NCBI GenBank assembly: GCA_030408475.1
Contig: JAUHQG010000010.1
Coordinates: 4,200 to 68,199 of the forward strand
Source: Candidatus Amphrikana amoebophyrae
GTDB taxonomy: Bacteria > Chlamydiota > Chlamydiia > Chlamydiales > JACRBE01
Length of the DNA: 64,000 nucleotides
Reading direction: 5' to 3'
Below the pieces are notes generated by a model. That model saw nothing but the letters and a program-made list of their open reading frames with translations, searched no databases and was not told the origin of the DNA. Within the stretch, counting starts at the first letter, position 1. Each line of letters begins with the position of its first letter. This document shows positions 45,484-55,189 of this stretch, one piece after another. The position numbers and the translations under genes were made by a program.

Positions 45484-46509
45484 TCACTTCTTCCCTGCGC
45501 CACCTTTAATAGCTGCAGCCGCTCTCATCTCATCAGTTGGAAGAGTTAGAGCATCATACACCTTACCCTCAGTGCTTTTCTTAGACCGATTCGCTGCACC
45601 TTTTGATAATACCCCAGAAACAGCATCTATGGTTTCAATAGCTCTAGATAAATGCCTCCTGAGATCTACAATAATCTCAGCTTGCTCTTCACCTAAAGCT
45701 TGAGATCGCGCCCTAAACTCTGCAACTTCTTTTGCTGCTCCCTCTTCTATAGCGCTACATCTCGCATTAGCTGCTTCAACTGCAGTTGCACATTGTACAT
45801 CTTTACTTCTAAGAGCTTCCTCTAATTCACCTACTTTCGTTTCTGCTGTAGCAACTCGAGCAGACAATTGTGCTACCTCAGCGACTTTCGCTGCTAATTC
45901 CGTCTGAAGATCTCCCTCTATTGCTGCTCCTGCTGCTCCTGCTGCTCCTGCTGCGGCCCCTGCTCTCATAGCCTCTATTATGGCTGCAGCTTTTTGTTCC
46001 GATCGGATTTGAGCTAGCTGGGTGAACCCAACTTTAGTTAAATCATCATCTCTCATCAGGTGAGCAGGCCCAACTTTTCCGCTTACCATTTCACCACTTT
46101 TTAAATCAAATTTAGCTGCTCGCGATCTGATAAGAAAAGGACCGCTCATGTCGTCAGAAGTAGACACTAAACTAACAGTACGAAATTGCAATCCACCCCC
46201 TTTCACAACTCCATCAAATAAAATCATATTCCTTGCCAACTCAGCGAGCTTTAAAGCCCCTTCTTCCATTTCTATAGCACATTTTCCGACCTCTGACCCA
46301 TCTGCAGCTAAATATACTAAGTTAACGGCTCGATTACAAATCGGAGCAAAGTTGGTGATTGGCGCCTCAAGCCACTGTTGTATTTGACTAAAAGCTAACG
46401 CCATTGGTTCGCTCACTCTGCCCGCATATTGAGCGCCAGCAAACTCTTGCATAGTGGCAATTTCATCACTTGCCTTAGGTTGCATAAATCTAGTTATTAA
46501 AGCTGCCAT
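45484..46509 (-). CDS. Hypothetical Ala-rich protein: globular N-terminal half plus coiled-coil C-terminal half
   Basis: 341 aa. Central AAAGAAGAAGAAIEG, followed by heptad-like Ala/Glu/Arg-rich sequence (AKVAEVAQLSARVATAETKVGELEEALRSK...). No family recognised. AGGAG lies upstream of the ATG at 46509. Confidence 0.45.
   Translation of the reverse strand: MAALITRFMQPKASDEIATMQEFAGAQYAGRVSEPMALAFSQIQQWLEAPITNFAPICNRAVNLVYLAADGSEVGKCAIEMEEGALKLAELARNMILFDGVVKGGGLQFRTVSLVSTSDDMSGPFLIRSRAAKFDLKSGEMVSGKVGPAHLMRDDDLTKVGFTQLAQIRSEQKAAAIIEAMRAGAAAGAAGAAGAAIEGDLQTELAAKVAEVAQLSARVATAETKVGELEEALRSKDVQCATAVEAANARCSAIEEGAAKEVAEFRARSQALGEEQAEIIVDLRRHLSRAIETIDAVSGVLSKGAANRSKKSTEGKVYDALTLPTDEMRAAAAIKGGAGKK
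45923..45958. repeat. In-frame 9-bp tandem repeat (GCTGCTCCT x3 plus one degenerate copy)
   Basis: Read directly at 45923-45949 (three perfect copies), followed by GCTGCGGCC. On the minus strand it encodes the (AGA)n run of the 45484..46509 protein. Confidence 0.85.
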
Positions 46510-46749
46510 TGATAAACTCCTATTAAATTTTTAAATCGGTGGCCAATGTACAAAATTTCACTTTTTAGAATCAATAGAAAAACTCGACAACTACTTTAAT
46601 TATTTAAACTAAAAAACTCGAAAGTTTTAATTATAAAACATAAAACCAATCAATATTTATTATAATACATTACCTTCAATCCTCTCTTCTTAACAATTTC
46701 TTTAATAAACTAACAATAAAAAATAATTTCGCAAACCACTCTTACTAAA

Positions 46750-46761
46750 TGTGTTAAGAAT
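46750..46761 (+). promoter_or_regulatory. Putative extended -10 element TGTG-t-TAAGAAT upstream of the efflux operon
   Basis: TGTGTTAAGAAT at 46750-46761, about 127 nt upstream of the TolC-like ATG (46888). It resembles TGTGTTAGAAT at 55149 and overlaps the inverted repeat at 46751-46785. Confidence 0.3.
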
Positions 46762-46785
46762 TTTCAGATATTGAAAATTTAACAC
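46751..46785. promoter_or_regulatory. Imperfect 35-bp inverted repeat (candidate operator) upstream of the TolC-MFP-RND operon
   Basis: GTGTTAA-ga-ATTTTCA gatat TGAAAAT-TTAACAC. Two 7-bp arm pairs match perfectly, with a 2-nt bulge in the left arm. Confidence 0.4.
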
Positions 46786-46887
46786 TAATAAAACGACGTT
46801 GCAAAGATTAACCTTTAATATAATCCAACCTACCTCTATTTAATTAATTGATAGGTGTGTCGTGTTTGTATTTACAAGATCTTAATA

Positions 46888-48339
46888 ATGAAAAGCGTTA
46901 GTATATTAACTGTTGGTTTTATCTTTCTTTGTTCATGTAATGTGTACAAAGAAGCTGCCCACCCATATTCACTAGCTCCAGCTACTCATGACTCAAACTG
47001 GACTCCCCCTTCAAAAATTCTTCAAAGCGTCAATAAAAGACAAGAGGCGATTCCAACACCAAAAATTGATAGCGATCGAGACTATTCTATGGGCGAAATA
47101 ATCGATCTAGGATTGCTTTATAACACAAAAACCAAAGAAAGCTGGTCTAAAGCTCGAGCGGCAGCAGCCAATTACGGCAAAAAACTACAAGACTACTTTG
47201 TGCTCTCTCAATTCGATTCTACTTATCAAAGACTTAAATACCCACAATTAGATGTAAATCAAACAGTTTCAGACTTTACTACGAAATTTCAAAATGAACT
47301 CAATTTTTCATATACAATTTTAGATTTCGGTCAAACCCGCTTTACATCTGATGCAGCTCTCTATGCTTTATATGAGGCAGATTGGTCACATAACCACGAA
47401 ATCCAATTTGTAATGCAAGAGCTCATGAACGACTACTTTAATGTGGTCTATCAACAAGAACTTCTCATAGCCTATTTTGCTGATGTCGAAGACGCGATTA
47501 TCACTTTAGATTCGACAGAAGAAAAACTACGCACAGGTATGAGTGATATTTCAGATGTTTTACAAGCTCGCACATATTATCTCGACACCAAGTTAAAAGT
47601 AGTCAATCAGCAACAAAAGTTAAATACCGCCTTCGCCACACTAAAAAATGACATGGGAATAAGCTCTAACTTAAAATTTACACTTCAAAATTTCCCAACA
47701 GAATACGAATACTATGAGCCTAAGCCATTTGAGCAGCTGATGGAACTTGCTAAAAAATCTCGCCCTGACTACTTAGCCGCTCTATCTGATGTTGAATCAA
47801 AAGAATACGCCTTATCAGCGGCAAGATCCCAATACTACCCTACAGTAGATGGTTCATTCGCTATTGGCAACACCCAAGGTAATAATGGGCTTAATGATAA
47901 CTATGATTTTGACGTTCAGGTCTCTCTTAACTTACCCCTTTTTCAAGGTTTTTTCCAGCAAAATCAAATTAAGCTCACTAAGGCCAATCTTTCAACTTCT
48001 CAATCGAAACTTCTCGCTATAGAACTTCTCATGACCAAAGAGATCAGCGTCTATCAAGATGACATCTCCTTTTCATTAGAATCAATCGACTATTCAACCC
48101 AGTATTATGAAACAGCTCAAGAAGATTACAAAGTCAACTTAGATAAATATAAGCAAGGAACCAATAACATTGTTGATGTTATTAATGCCCTAACCGCTGT
48201 TGCCGATGCCAGAGCTAAAGAAATCTTAGCTAAAAAAGAGTATTTTCAATCTCTATCTAATTTAGCTTACGCCTTGGGCAGTTTAAATGTTAATCCTCAT
48301 AATTTAGAAAATTTGGAGCAACTCGATGAAGAATTATAA
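46888..48339 (+). CDS. TolC-like outer-membrane efflux protein (lipoprotein)
   Basis: ATG 46888 gives MKSVSILTVGFIFLCSC (lipobox). Two-repeat OMF architecture with helical Y/Q/L-rich segments. First gene of the efflux operon. Confidence 0.75.
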   Translation: MKSVSILTVGFIFLCSCNVYKEAAHPYSLAPATHDSNWTPPSKILQSVNKRQEAIPTPKIDSDRDYSMGEIIDLGLLYNTKTKESWSKARAAAANYGKKLQDYFVLSQFDSTYQRLKYPQLDVNQTVSDFTTKFQNELNFSYTILDFGQTRFTSDAALYALYEADWSHNHEIQFVMQELMNDYFNVVYQQELLIAYFADVEDAIITLDSTEEKLRTGMSDISDVLQARTYYLDTKLKVVNQQQKLNTAFATLKNDMGISSNLKFTLQNFPTEYEYYEPKPFEQLMELAKKSRPDYLAALSDVESKEYALSAARSQYYPTVDGSFAIGNTQGNNGLNDNYDFDVQVSLNLPLFQGFFQQNQIKLTKANLSTSQSKLLAIELLMTKEISVYQDDISFSLESIDYSTQYYETAQEDYKVNLDKYKQGTNNIVDVINALTAVADARAKEILAKKEYFQSLSNLAYALGSLNVNPHNLENLEQLDEEL

Positions 48340-49462
48340 ATGGCTATTGATCCTTCCCCTTCTCACACTATTTGCTTCTTGTGAAAAAAAAGTGCCTCCA
48401 AGAAAAAAGCTACCCATCGTTCAAACAACTTATCCGATAAAAAAAGAGGTCCCTATATACATAGATGTTCCGGGACATATTGAGCCCATTCAAAAAGTTG
48501 ATATCCAACCTCAAGTTAACGGTGAAGTTATGGCTATACACTATGAAGAAGGAAGCTATGTTGAAAAGGGAACTCCATTAGTTACAATTGATAATCGCCC
48601 TTATTTAGCAACAAAATATAAATACGAAGGCGAGTTGGCTCAAAACCAAGCAAAACTTCAATATGCTAAAGACACTACTATTAGAAATGAACCCTTAGCG
48701 CAAGAAGACTTCATTTCGCAAAACACTTTTGATCAGCTAGTTACAAACATGGAAAGCTTAGAAGGTACTATTTTAGCTAACTTAGCTGAGATTCAATCGG
48801 CTCAAATCAACATCGACTTTTGCGACATAGCCGCTCCTATAAGTGGAATATTAGGAAATCGCAAAATTGACATGGGAAATATTGTAACGGCTTACTCAAA
48901 TCAAACTCTAGTCACCATCAAACAAGTAGCTCCCATTTGGGCTAGCTTCGGAATAGACGAAAGCTATTTATTTGATATTCAAAAACAGTGGACAGAACAC
49001 CCTGTTGAAGTGGTCGTCTACAACGACACCCCAAATAAACCCATTGCAAGCGGTAAGCTAGTATTCATTGATAATCATATCAATGAAAGAACAGGTCAAG
49101 TTTTGATGAAAGGGCATTTTGAAAACAAAGAAAAAACTATTTGGCCAGGTCAATATGTTAAAGTGCGACTCATTAAAAAGATGGAAAAAGAGGCGATACT
49201 CATCCCTTCTGAAGCGGTGCAAAATGGTCAAAACGGCCACTATGTTTACACAATCAATGATTCCGGCATAGCTGAAATGAAAACGATTACTCTTGGGCTT
49301 GCTCAAGAAAATGGTAAATACTTAATGGTTTTAAAAGGACTGTCCACTCATGACCAAATCGTAGTGAATGGCCAAATTAATATTAAGCCTGGAATAAAAG
49401 TTAAAATAGAAAACAAAAAACTACCATCAAAATATCAAAGTACAGAGCAAAAAATCTCATGA
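48326..49462 (+). CDS. RND efflux membrane-fusion (periplasmic adaptor) protein
   Basis: Lipobox LLTLFASC. Lipoyl-like hairpin pattern (V.PQVNGEV.....EEGS.V.KG..L..ID). Overlaps both neighbouring genes. Confidence 0.8.
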   Translation: MKNYKWLLILPLLTLFASCEKKVPPRKKLPIVQTTYPIKKEVPIYIDVPGHIEPIQKVDIQPQVNGEVMAIHYEEGSYVEKGTPLVTIDNRPYLATKYKYEGELAQNQAKLQYAKDTTIRNEPLAQEDFISQNTFDQLVTNMESLEGTILANLAEIQSAQINIDFCDIAAPISGILGNRKIDMGNIVTAYSNQTLVTIKQVAPIWASFGIDESYLFDIQKQWTEHPVEVVVYNDTPNKPIASGKLVFIDNHINERTGQVLMKGHFENKEKTIWPGQYVKVRLIKKMEKEAILIPSEAVQNGQNGHYVYTINDSGIAEMKTITLGLAQENGKYLMVLKGLSTHDQIVVNGQINIKPGIKVKIENKKLPSKYQSTEQKIS

Positions 49463-52400
49463 GTTTATCTAAGCCATTTATTTTACGTCCTGTAATGACT
49501 TCCTTAATTGTAGTCTCTTTGTTCTTTTTTGGAGTTTTTGCCTACAACTTTTTACCCGTTAGCGATTTACCTAGCATTCAATACCCCACTATACAAGTTA
49601 AAGTGAGCTACCCTGGAGCGAGTCCCGCTACAATGGCCAATACAGTAGCCGCCCCGCTTGAAAGACAGTTTGCTCAAATTCAAAAGATTAAATCGATATT
49701 TTCTTCCTCACAAAATGGTCAAACATTACTAGTATTGCAATTTGATCTTTCTCAAGATGTCAATGTAGCCGCTCAAGATGTTCAAGCTCAAATTACAGCT
49801 TCGCTATCCTATCTGCCCTCTGATCTCCCCAATCAGCCCATTTATCGCAAATATAACCCAACTGAATCCCCTGTCATTTACTTTGCCTTTGCTTCTCAGT
49901 CATTTGAACCCTATGACATCTATAAATATGTTGATGCTTTTGCTATGCGCCGTTTTTCTATGCTATCAGGTGTATCCGATGTCAATGTTTACGGCTCCGC
50001 ATTTGCCGTCCGAGTCCAAATTGACCCTGAAAAACTAGCCGCTCGGAAAATAAATATTAACCAAGTAGCTGAAGTCATTAAAACCGGTAACGTCGAGTAC
50101 CCAACTGGAACTCTATATGGCCCCAACAAAGAATTTACCATACTGGCTACGGGTCAAATTTTTGATGCCGAAGGATACAATCAGCTGATTGTACGCAATG
50201 AAGATGGAGAGATGGTGCGCATCAAAGACTTAGGTAACGCTATCAATAGCTCCATTGATAATAAAATGGGCATTACCCTATTTCAAGATGGAAAGGCTCA
50301 AAATGCCATTGCAGTTGGCGTTGAAAAAATGGCTGGAGCAAATACCTTACAAACAATTCAAGAAGTTGAAAATATTATGCCCTCAATTAGAGAGGCTATA
50401 CCAGAATCTGTGGAAATAGTTAATCTCTTTAATGAATCAGTCTGGATTTGGGAGGCCATTCACGATGTTGAATTTACACTTGTTGTTGCCTTTTTTCTCG
50501 TAGCGGCAGTCACCTTTTTCTATCTAGGTAAAGCGAGAGATAGCATAATACCCATTATCGTAATGCCCATTTCTATTCTGGGGACATTTGCTCTTATGTA
50601 TGTCTATCAGTTCTCTATAGATCTGCTATCACTACTAGCTATAACGCTCTCTATTGGATTTTTAGTTGATGACGCCATAGTTGTATTAGAAAATACCGTA
50701 CGTCATCTTGAGCAAGGTAAAACAAGGTTCCAAGCAGCCCTTCAGGGTTCAGCGCAAATCTCTTTTACTGTTTTATCGATGACGCTTTGCCTCACCTCTG
50801 TATTTATCCCTATGCTCTTTATGGGAGGCATCGTAGGGAGGCTTTTTAGAGAATTTGCCGTTACCATTATGACTGTTGTGATTATATCTGGTATATTATC
50901 ACTCACACTTACTCCACTACTTTGTAGTCGATTTTTAGCGCGCCACCACGTTCACAATAAAAATTGGCTAGAGAAATTTTCTGAAAAAATCAACAAAGCG
51001 TTTTTAGCCGTATATAAAAAAGGGCTCTATTTTGTGTTGCGTCACAAAATTTCAACCCTCATAGCTGGAATGACTTCTGTTGCCTTAACCCTTTTATTAG
51101 TGTCTGTACTACCAAAAGGTTTCCTTCCTCCTGATGATACCGGTATTATCCAAGCTTTCATTAAAACAGAAGATGGAACCTCGCCATATAAGACAATGGA
51201 TATAGCCAAATATCTGGGTGAAAAAGCGATGAATCACGAATATGTTGAAAGAGCTGTAGCAATTGGAGGACACCCCACTTCAAACCAAGGGATTGTCTTT
51301 ATTAATCTTAAGCCTATTAATGAGAGACCCTCCATCTTTAAGCTAGAACCAGTATTTAAAGAATACCTGGAAACCATTCCCGGAGTTGAAATATTTGTAA
51401 AAGCGTTCCCTTTGATCGAACTTAATATTGGAACCGACTCTCAAATGGGCAACTATCAATACTCGCTGCAAAGTTTTGACTCTAAGGTGCTATACGAAAC
51501 TGCTGAAAAATTCATGGCACAAATGAAACAAATTCCCGGTATTGCTCAAGTTACAAGTGATATGCATATCTCTGAACCTCAACTCACGATCGAAATTGAT
51601 CGGGATAAAGCTTCGAATTTCAATCTCACTGCATCAGATATTGAGTTTGCCCTTCGCTATGCGTATGGAGGAACAAAAGTGTCTCAAATTAATGGAGAAA
51701 TTGATGAATACGATGTCGTATTAGAGACGCAGCCAATAGCATATAGAGACCCTTCGGTTTTAGATAAGCTCTATATTGGAGAAAACCAAGTCCCGATTAA
51801 ATCAGTTGTCAACATTACTCAAACTATCGCCCCTCTAGAAGTGAACCACCTCAATACAATGCCAGCCGTAACTTTTACCTTTGATCTCAAAGATGCTCCT
51901 CTTTCTCAAGTGCTTGCAAGTATAGAAGAGTTAGCAGATGAAATGTTGCCTGCAAATGTACTGGGTTCTGTGCAAGGAACGGCCAATGTTTTTGAAGAGA
52001 CCTTTCAATCACTTGGTTACCTTATCTTGATTACTATTTTTTGCATCTACGTGATTTTGGGCATTTTGTATGAAAATTTCATTCATCCGATAACCGTAAT
52101 GTCGGCACTTCCTCCTGCAGCTCTTGGGGGATTACTCACCCTTTATCTCTTTGGTGAAACACTCTCGCTATATTCTTTTGTTGGGATGTTGATGTTGCTT
52201 GGTATTGTACTCAAAAATGGTATTATTTTAGTCGATTTTGCAGTGGAAGGAATGTCAAAAGAAGGCAAAACGATTGAAGAGGCGATAGAATTTGCCTGTA
52301 TTACCCGTTTCCGCCCTATCTTGATGACTACTATTGCCGCTATGATGGGAGCTGTTCCTATTGCATCTGGCATTGGAGGGATGACAGCCTCATCTCGCCA

Positions 52401-52548
52401 ACCTCTTGGAATGGTTATAGTGGGCGGACTGATGTTTTCACAGTTTTTGACCCTCTTTTTAACGCCTGTTGTCTTTATCTTTTTAGAGAGACTTCGTCGC
52501 AAATTCCACAGTAAGAAGAGAGTGGAAATGGACGATGAACCCATTTAA
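49459..52548 (+). CDS. RND multidrug efflux pump, AcrB/MexB family inner-membrane transporter
   Basis: 1029 aa. N-terminal FILRPVMTSLI..., 12-TM layout with two large periplasmic loops. Conserved IGFLVDDAIVVLEN and MTTIAAMMGAVP motifs. Confidence 0.9.
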   Translation: MSLSKPFILRPVMTSLIVVSLFFFGVFAYNFLPVSDLPSIQYPTIQVKVSYPGASPATMANTVAAPLERQFAQIQKIKSIFSSSQNGQTLLVLQFDLSQDVNVAAQDVQAQITASLSYLPSDLPNQPIYRKYNPTESPVIYFAFASQSFEPYDIYKYVDAFAMRRFSMLSGVSDVNVYGSAFAVRVQIDPEKLAARKININQVAEVIKTGNVEYPTGTLYGPNKEFTILATGQIFDAEGYNQLIVRNEDGEMVRIKDLGNAINSSIDNKMGITLFQDGKAQNAIAVGVEKMAGANTLQTIQEVENIMPSIREAIPESVEIVNLFNESVWIWEAIHDVEFTLVVAFFLVAAVTFFYLGKARDSIIPIIVMPISILGTFALMYVYQFSIDLLSLLAITLSIGFLVDDAIVVLENTVRHLEQGKTRFQAALQGSAQISFTVLSMTLCLTSVFIPMLFMGGIVGRLFREFAVTIMTVVIISGILSLTLTPLLCSRFLARHHVHNKNWLEKFSEKINKAFLAVYKKGLYFVLRHKISTLIAGMTSVALTLLLVSVLPKGFLPPDDTGIIQAFIKTEDGTSPYKTMDIAKYLGEKAMNHEYVERAVAIGGHPTSNQGIVFINLKPINERPSIFKLEPVFKEYLETIPGVEIFVKAFPLIELNIGTDSQMGNYQYSLQSFDSKVLYETAEKFMAQMKQIPGIAQVTSDMHISEPQLTIEIDRDKASNFNLTASDIEFALRYAYGGTKVSQINGEIDEYDVVLETQPIAYRDPSVLDKLYIGENQVPIKSVVNITQTIAPLEVNHLNTMPAVTFTFDLKDAPLSQVLASIEELADEMLPANVLGSVQGTANVFEETFQSLGYLILITIFCIYVILGILYENFIHPITVMSALPPAALGGLLTLYLFGETLSLYSFVGMLMLLGIVLKNGIILVDFAVEGMSKEGKTIEEAIEFACITRFRPILMTTIAAMMGAVPIASGIGGMTASSRQPLGMVIVGGLMFSQFLTLFLTPVVFIFLERLRRKFHSKKRVEMDDEPI

Positions 52549-52571
52549 GAGCGTGCTAAAAAACAAGCCCC

Positions 52572-53432
52572 TTATGATCTTGGGTGAAAATCCTCAAAGC
52601 TCTTCTGAACATGAGCCTTTGATATATGCATATATCTTTCAGTAGTTGCTATATCACTATGGCCGAGCAATTCTTGAATCACTCTTAGATCAGCGCTGTT
52701 TTCTAAAAGATGAGTGGCAAAAGAGTGACGAAGAGTGTGAGGCGATATCTCTTTAGTGATACCGGCCTTCTTGCCCCATTTTTTAACTAAGTGCCACACT
52801 ACTTGGCGATCTATCCTCTTACCCTTAGAGGTGATAAAAAGAGCTTTGTTTTTATCATCTCTCATAGATAGATAGTTGTCCACTGCCTCTATAGCCACTT
52901 TAGCCACGGGAACCATCCTCTCTTTTGCCCCTTTTCCCATAACCCTTAAAGAGTCCAATCCTAAATCAGTTATGTTAAGAGAGCAAAGCTCACTTACTCT
53001 AATGCCAGCTGCATACATTAGCTTTAGGATCGCATGATCGCGCGCACCTAAATTTTTCGTAACATCTTGATGCTTAAATAGTTGAGTTATGTTTTCTTGA
53101 GTAAGAATTTCTGGAATTTTTTGCCAAATCTTCCCGCCTTCTATATTTGTAGTTGGATCAACCTCTATTGCTTTTTCCCGTTTTAAAAAGCGGTAAAAAA
53201 CGCGTAAAGACATTGAACAACGGACAATAGTTGCCGAAGCGAGGTTTTTTTCTTGAAGAGCCCCTAAAAAAGAGACAACATCTGCAGATGAGGCAGTTTC
53301 TAATGGATAGTCTAAAAATGACTCAAAGCGCTCTAAATCGCTTTTATAAGCTAAGCGCGTATTATCAGACAAGCCACGCTCTGCAGTAATGGAAAGGATA
53401 AAATCTTCTAAATAAGGATTCACAGTTAACAA
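52572..53432 (-). CDS. xerD: Tyrosine recombinase XerD-like
   Basis: Blocks matching E. coli XerD by eye: RDHAILKLMYAAGIRVSEL, LRVMGKGAKERMVPV, SPHTLRHSFATHLL, ADLRVIQELLGHSDIATTERY.H, HPR at the C-terminus. Only a TTG (53432) or GTG start is available, and no clear RBS is present. Confidence 0.8.
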   Translation of the reverse strand: MLTVNPYLEDFILSITAERGLSDNTRLAYKSDLERFESFLDYPLETASSADVVSFLGALQEKNLASATIVRCSMSLRVFYRFLKREKAIEVDPTTNIEGGKIWQKIPEILTQENITQLFKHQDVTKNLGARDHAILKLMYAAGIRVSELCSLNITDLGLDSLRVMGKGAKERMVPVAKVAIEAVDNYLSMRDDKNKALFITSKGKRIDRQVVWHLVKKWGKKAGITKEISPHTLRHSFATHLLENSADLRVIQELLGHSDIATTERYMHISKAHVQKSFEDFHPRS

Positions 53433-53450
53433 ACCAAATAGGTGAATAAA

Positions 53451-55016
53451 TCAATGTGTAAAATGTGGAACAGGTCCAGCTGTAGCGCTAATAAAGATAT
53501 CGCGACGAACTTGAGCCCTTTCGCTAAGATCTTTTGGAGGATCTAGCGGTTTTCCATATTTGTTTTTATACCAAATACCGAAATTAACGCTCAAGACAAT
53601 AGACGCTGAAATTACTCCCATTATTAATAGCGGAGTTCCAGCCGTATAGAAAACGGCTAAAGCACTGACTGCAATGGCTACAGTATTGACAAACCACTTA
53701 AGCATTTCATCATACTTACCATCTTGACTAGATCTAAACCCATCCATCATCATTATAGTATCCATTCCCATAGAATATGCAGAAATAGCCAATCCTATTC
53801 CAATAAGAACAAACTTGAGGGTTCCTGCTGTAGCAAAATCAGCTGCAACCGCTGTTGCTATACCAATAACTGCGATAGACATAACTAATACATTCATTAG
53901 TATGCGGGATTTAGCATCTTTTTTAGCCTCCGTAATGATCTCTTTGGCAGCTTCGATATCACTTGCGTCTGGGTTTTGCTTTGCTAAGAGACTCACTAAA
54001 CGCTTAGGCTCTGGTTTCATCGTTTCAGCTCGCAACTTTGCAACAACTAAAGGGCCAGTTCGATCGGACAGATCCATCTCTTTACCCGTTTTCATATCGG
54101 CCATTTTCTTTAAAGCCAACTTAGCTTTAGCTTTTGGCAATTTTGCGGCATTTACTACGTGGATATCTTTTGGGGTTAGTTTCGCTAAATCGCTATCAGT
54201 AAGCTCCACCTTTTCAGAGAAATCTTCTTTTCTTACCTGATCAATAATGACATAGCGCTCTAATGAAGTGAGCTCAATAGCAGCACATAGATGTTTGATT
54301 TGCGCTTTTAAACCCTTTACTGGTTCACCAATATGATTTTTCTCTATCTCACTTAATTGGCTACTTAATTGATAAGAGCGGCGCAAATTATTTCCTGAAG
54401 TGGAAAAAACAGCTAAATATTTACACCCTCCCGCAATAGTAGCTACATGACCTAAAACACGTATGGCGCAAAAACTTGTTTTGCATGAGGTGACAAAGCC
54501 TTCGTAACTTAAACAGTCGAAAAGCGAATTAGCAGTGGCATTCATAGCGCTAAAAACTCCTGCTGTACCCCTAAACCCTTTAATAACAGCTTCTCTTTGA
54601 CCCCAAACATAGCCCACTTTTTTAGCTGTATCGTAATTAGTTTTAGCGCCTATTATATCGACAGCCCCGCCCACGAAGCCAACAGCGCTCACTAGGCCAA
54701 ACGCACTTCTTAATCCCGGATTAGTGCCATGAGGAGAAAAACGTGAAGCCAAATAAGTCCCTTTACTCATAATCGAGACGACATCAGCTAACATATAGGA
54801 TTGACCAACAACCTTAGATCTATTCACAAGTGGTTGACGCTCAACAGCCTTAACCTCTGCCTTTAAGGGAGCATCTGTCTCTTTAGCCGCCAAGTCAGAC
54901 TTAATTCTTTCTAAAGTAATATTTATACCAATATGTGGATCTATGTGAGCAAAATCAGACGATTTTATCACTAAAGCTCCAAAACCTCTAACAGACTCTG
55001 TACTAGGCACTAACAT
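53451..55016 (-). CDS. Hypothetical membrane protein with two pairs of hydrophobic segments (Inc-like)
   Basis: 521 aa with no recognisable family. C-terminal segments: ILMNVLVMSIAVIGIATAVAADFATAGTLKFVLIGIGLAISAY and WFVNTVAIAVSALAVFYTAGTPLLIMGVISASIVLSVNFGIW. The N-terminal part contains Gly/Ala-rich amphipathic stretches. Confidence 0.45.
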   Translation of the reverse strand: MLVPSTESVRGFGALVIKSSDFAHIDPHIGINITLERIKSDLAAKETDAPLKAEVKAVERQPLVNRSKVVGQSYMLADVVSIMSKGTYLASRFSPHGTNPGLRSAFGLVSAVGFVGGAVDIIGAKTNYDTAKKVGYVWGQREAVIKGFRGTAGVFSAMNATANSLFDCLSYEGFVTSCKTSFCAIRVLGHVATIAGGCKYLAVFSTSGNNLRRSYQLSSQLSEIEKNHIGEPVKGLKAQIKHLCAAIELTSLERYVIIDQVRKEDFSEKVELTDSDLAKLTPKDIHVVNAAKLPKAKAKLALKKMADMKTGKEMDLSDRTGPLVVAKLRAETMKPEPKRLVSLLAKQNPDASDIEAAKEIITEAKKDAKSRILMNVLVMSIAVIGIATAVAADFATAGTLKFVLIGIGLAISAYSMGMDTIMMMDGFRSSQDGKYDEMLKWFVNTVAIAVSALAVFYTAGTPLLIMGVISASIVLSVNFGIWYKNKYGKPLDPPKDLSERAQVRRDIFISATAGPVPHFTH

Positions 55017-55072
55017 ACTTACCTACTTGTTAATTTATCAAGTCACACATGTTAAAAGTAACTTGCACAAGT

Positions 55073-55081
55073 ATTCTACCA
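55073..55081 (-). promoter_or_regulatory. Putative extended -10 TG-g-TAGAAT (minus strand) for 53451..55016
   Basis: The reverse complement reads TGGTAGAATACTTGTGCAAG. The 11-mer TAGAATACTTG is identical to 59116-59126. About 56 nt upstream of the ATG at 55016. Confidence 0.4.
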
Positions 55082-55148
55082 TAAGAGATGTATTATTAGT
55101 AAGTTGTATAAATAATTTTAATTATTATATTTGTATAATTAGGGCTAT

Positions 55149-55159
55149 TGTGTTAGAAT
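55149..55159 (+). promoter_or_regulatory. Putative extended -10 TGTG-t-TAGAAT for 55190..56563
   Basis: TGTGTTAGAATATTACCATAT at 55149 onwards. The hexamer ends 30 nt before the ATG at 55190. It sits back-to-back with the divergent element at 55073-55081. Confidence 0.4.
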
Positions 55160-55189
55160 ATTACCATATTATAATAATAGGTTAATAGA

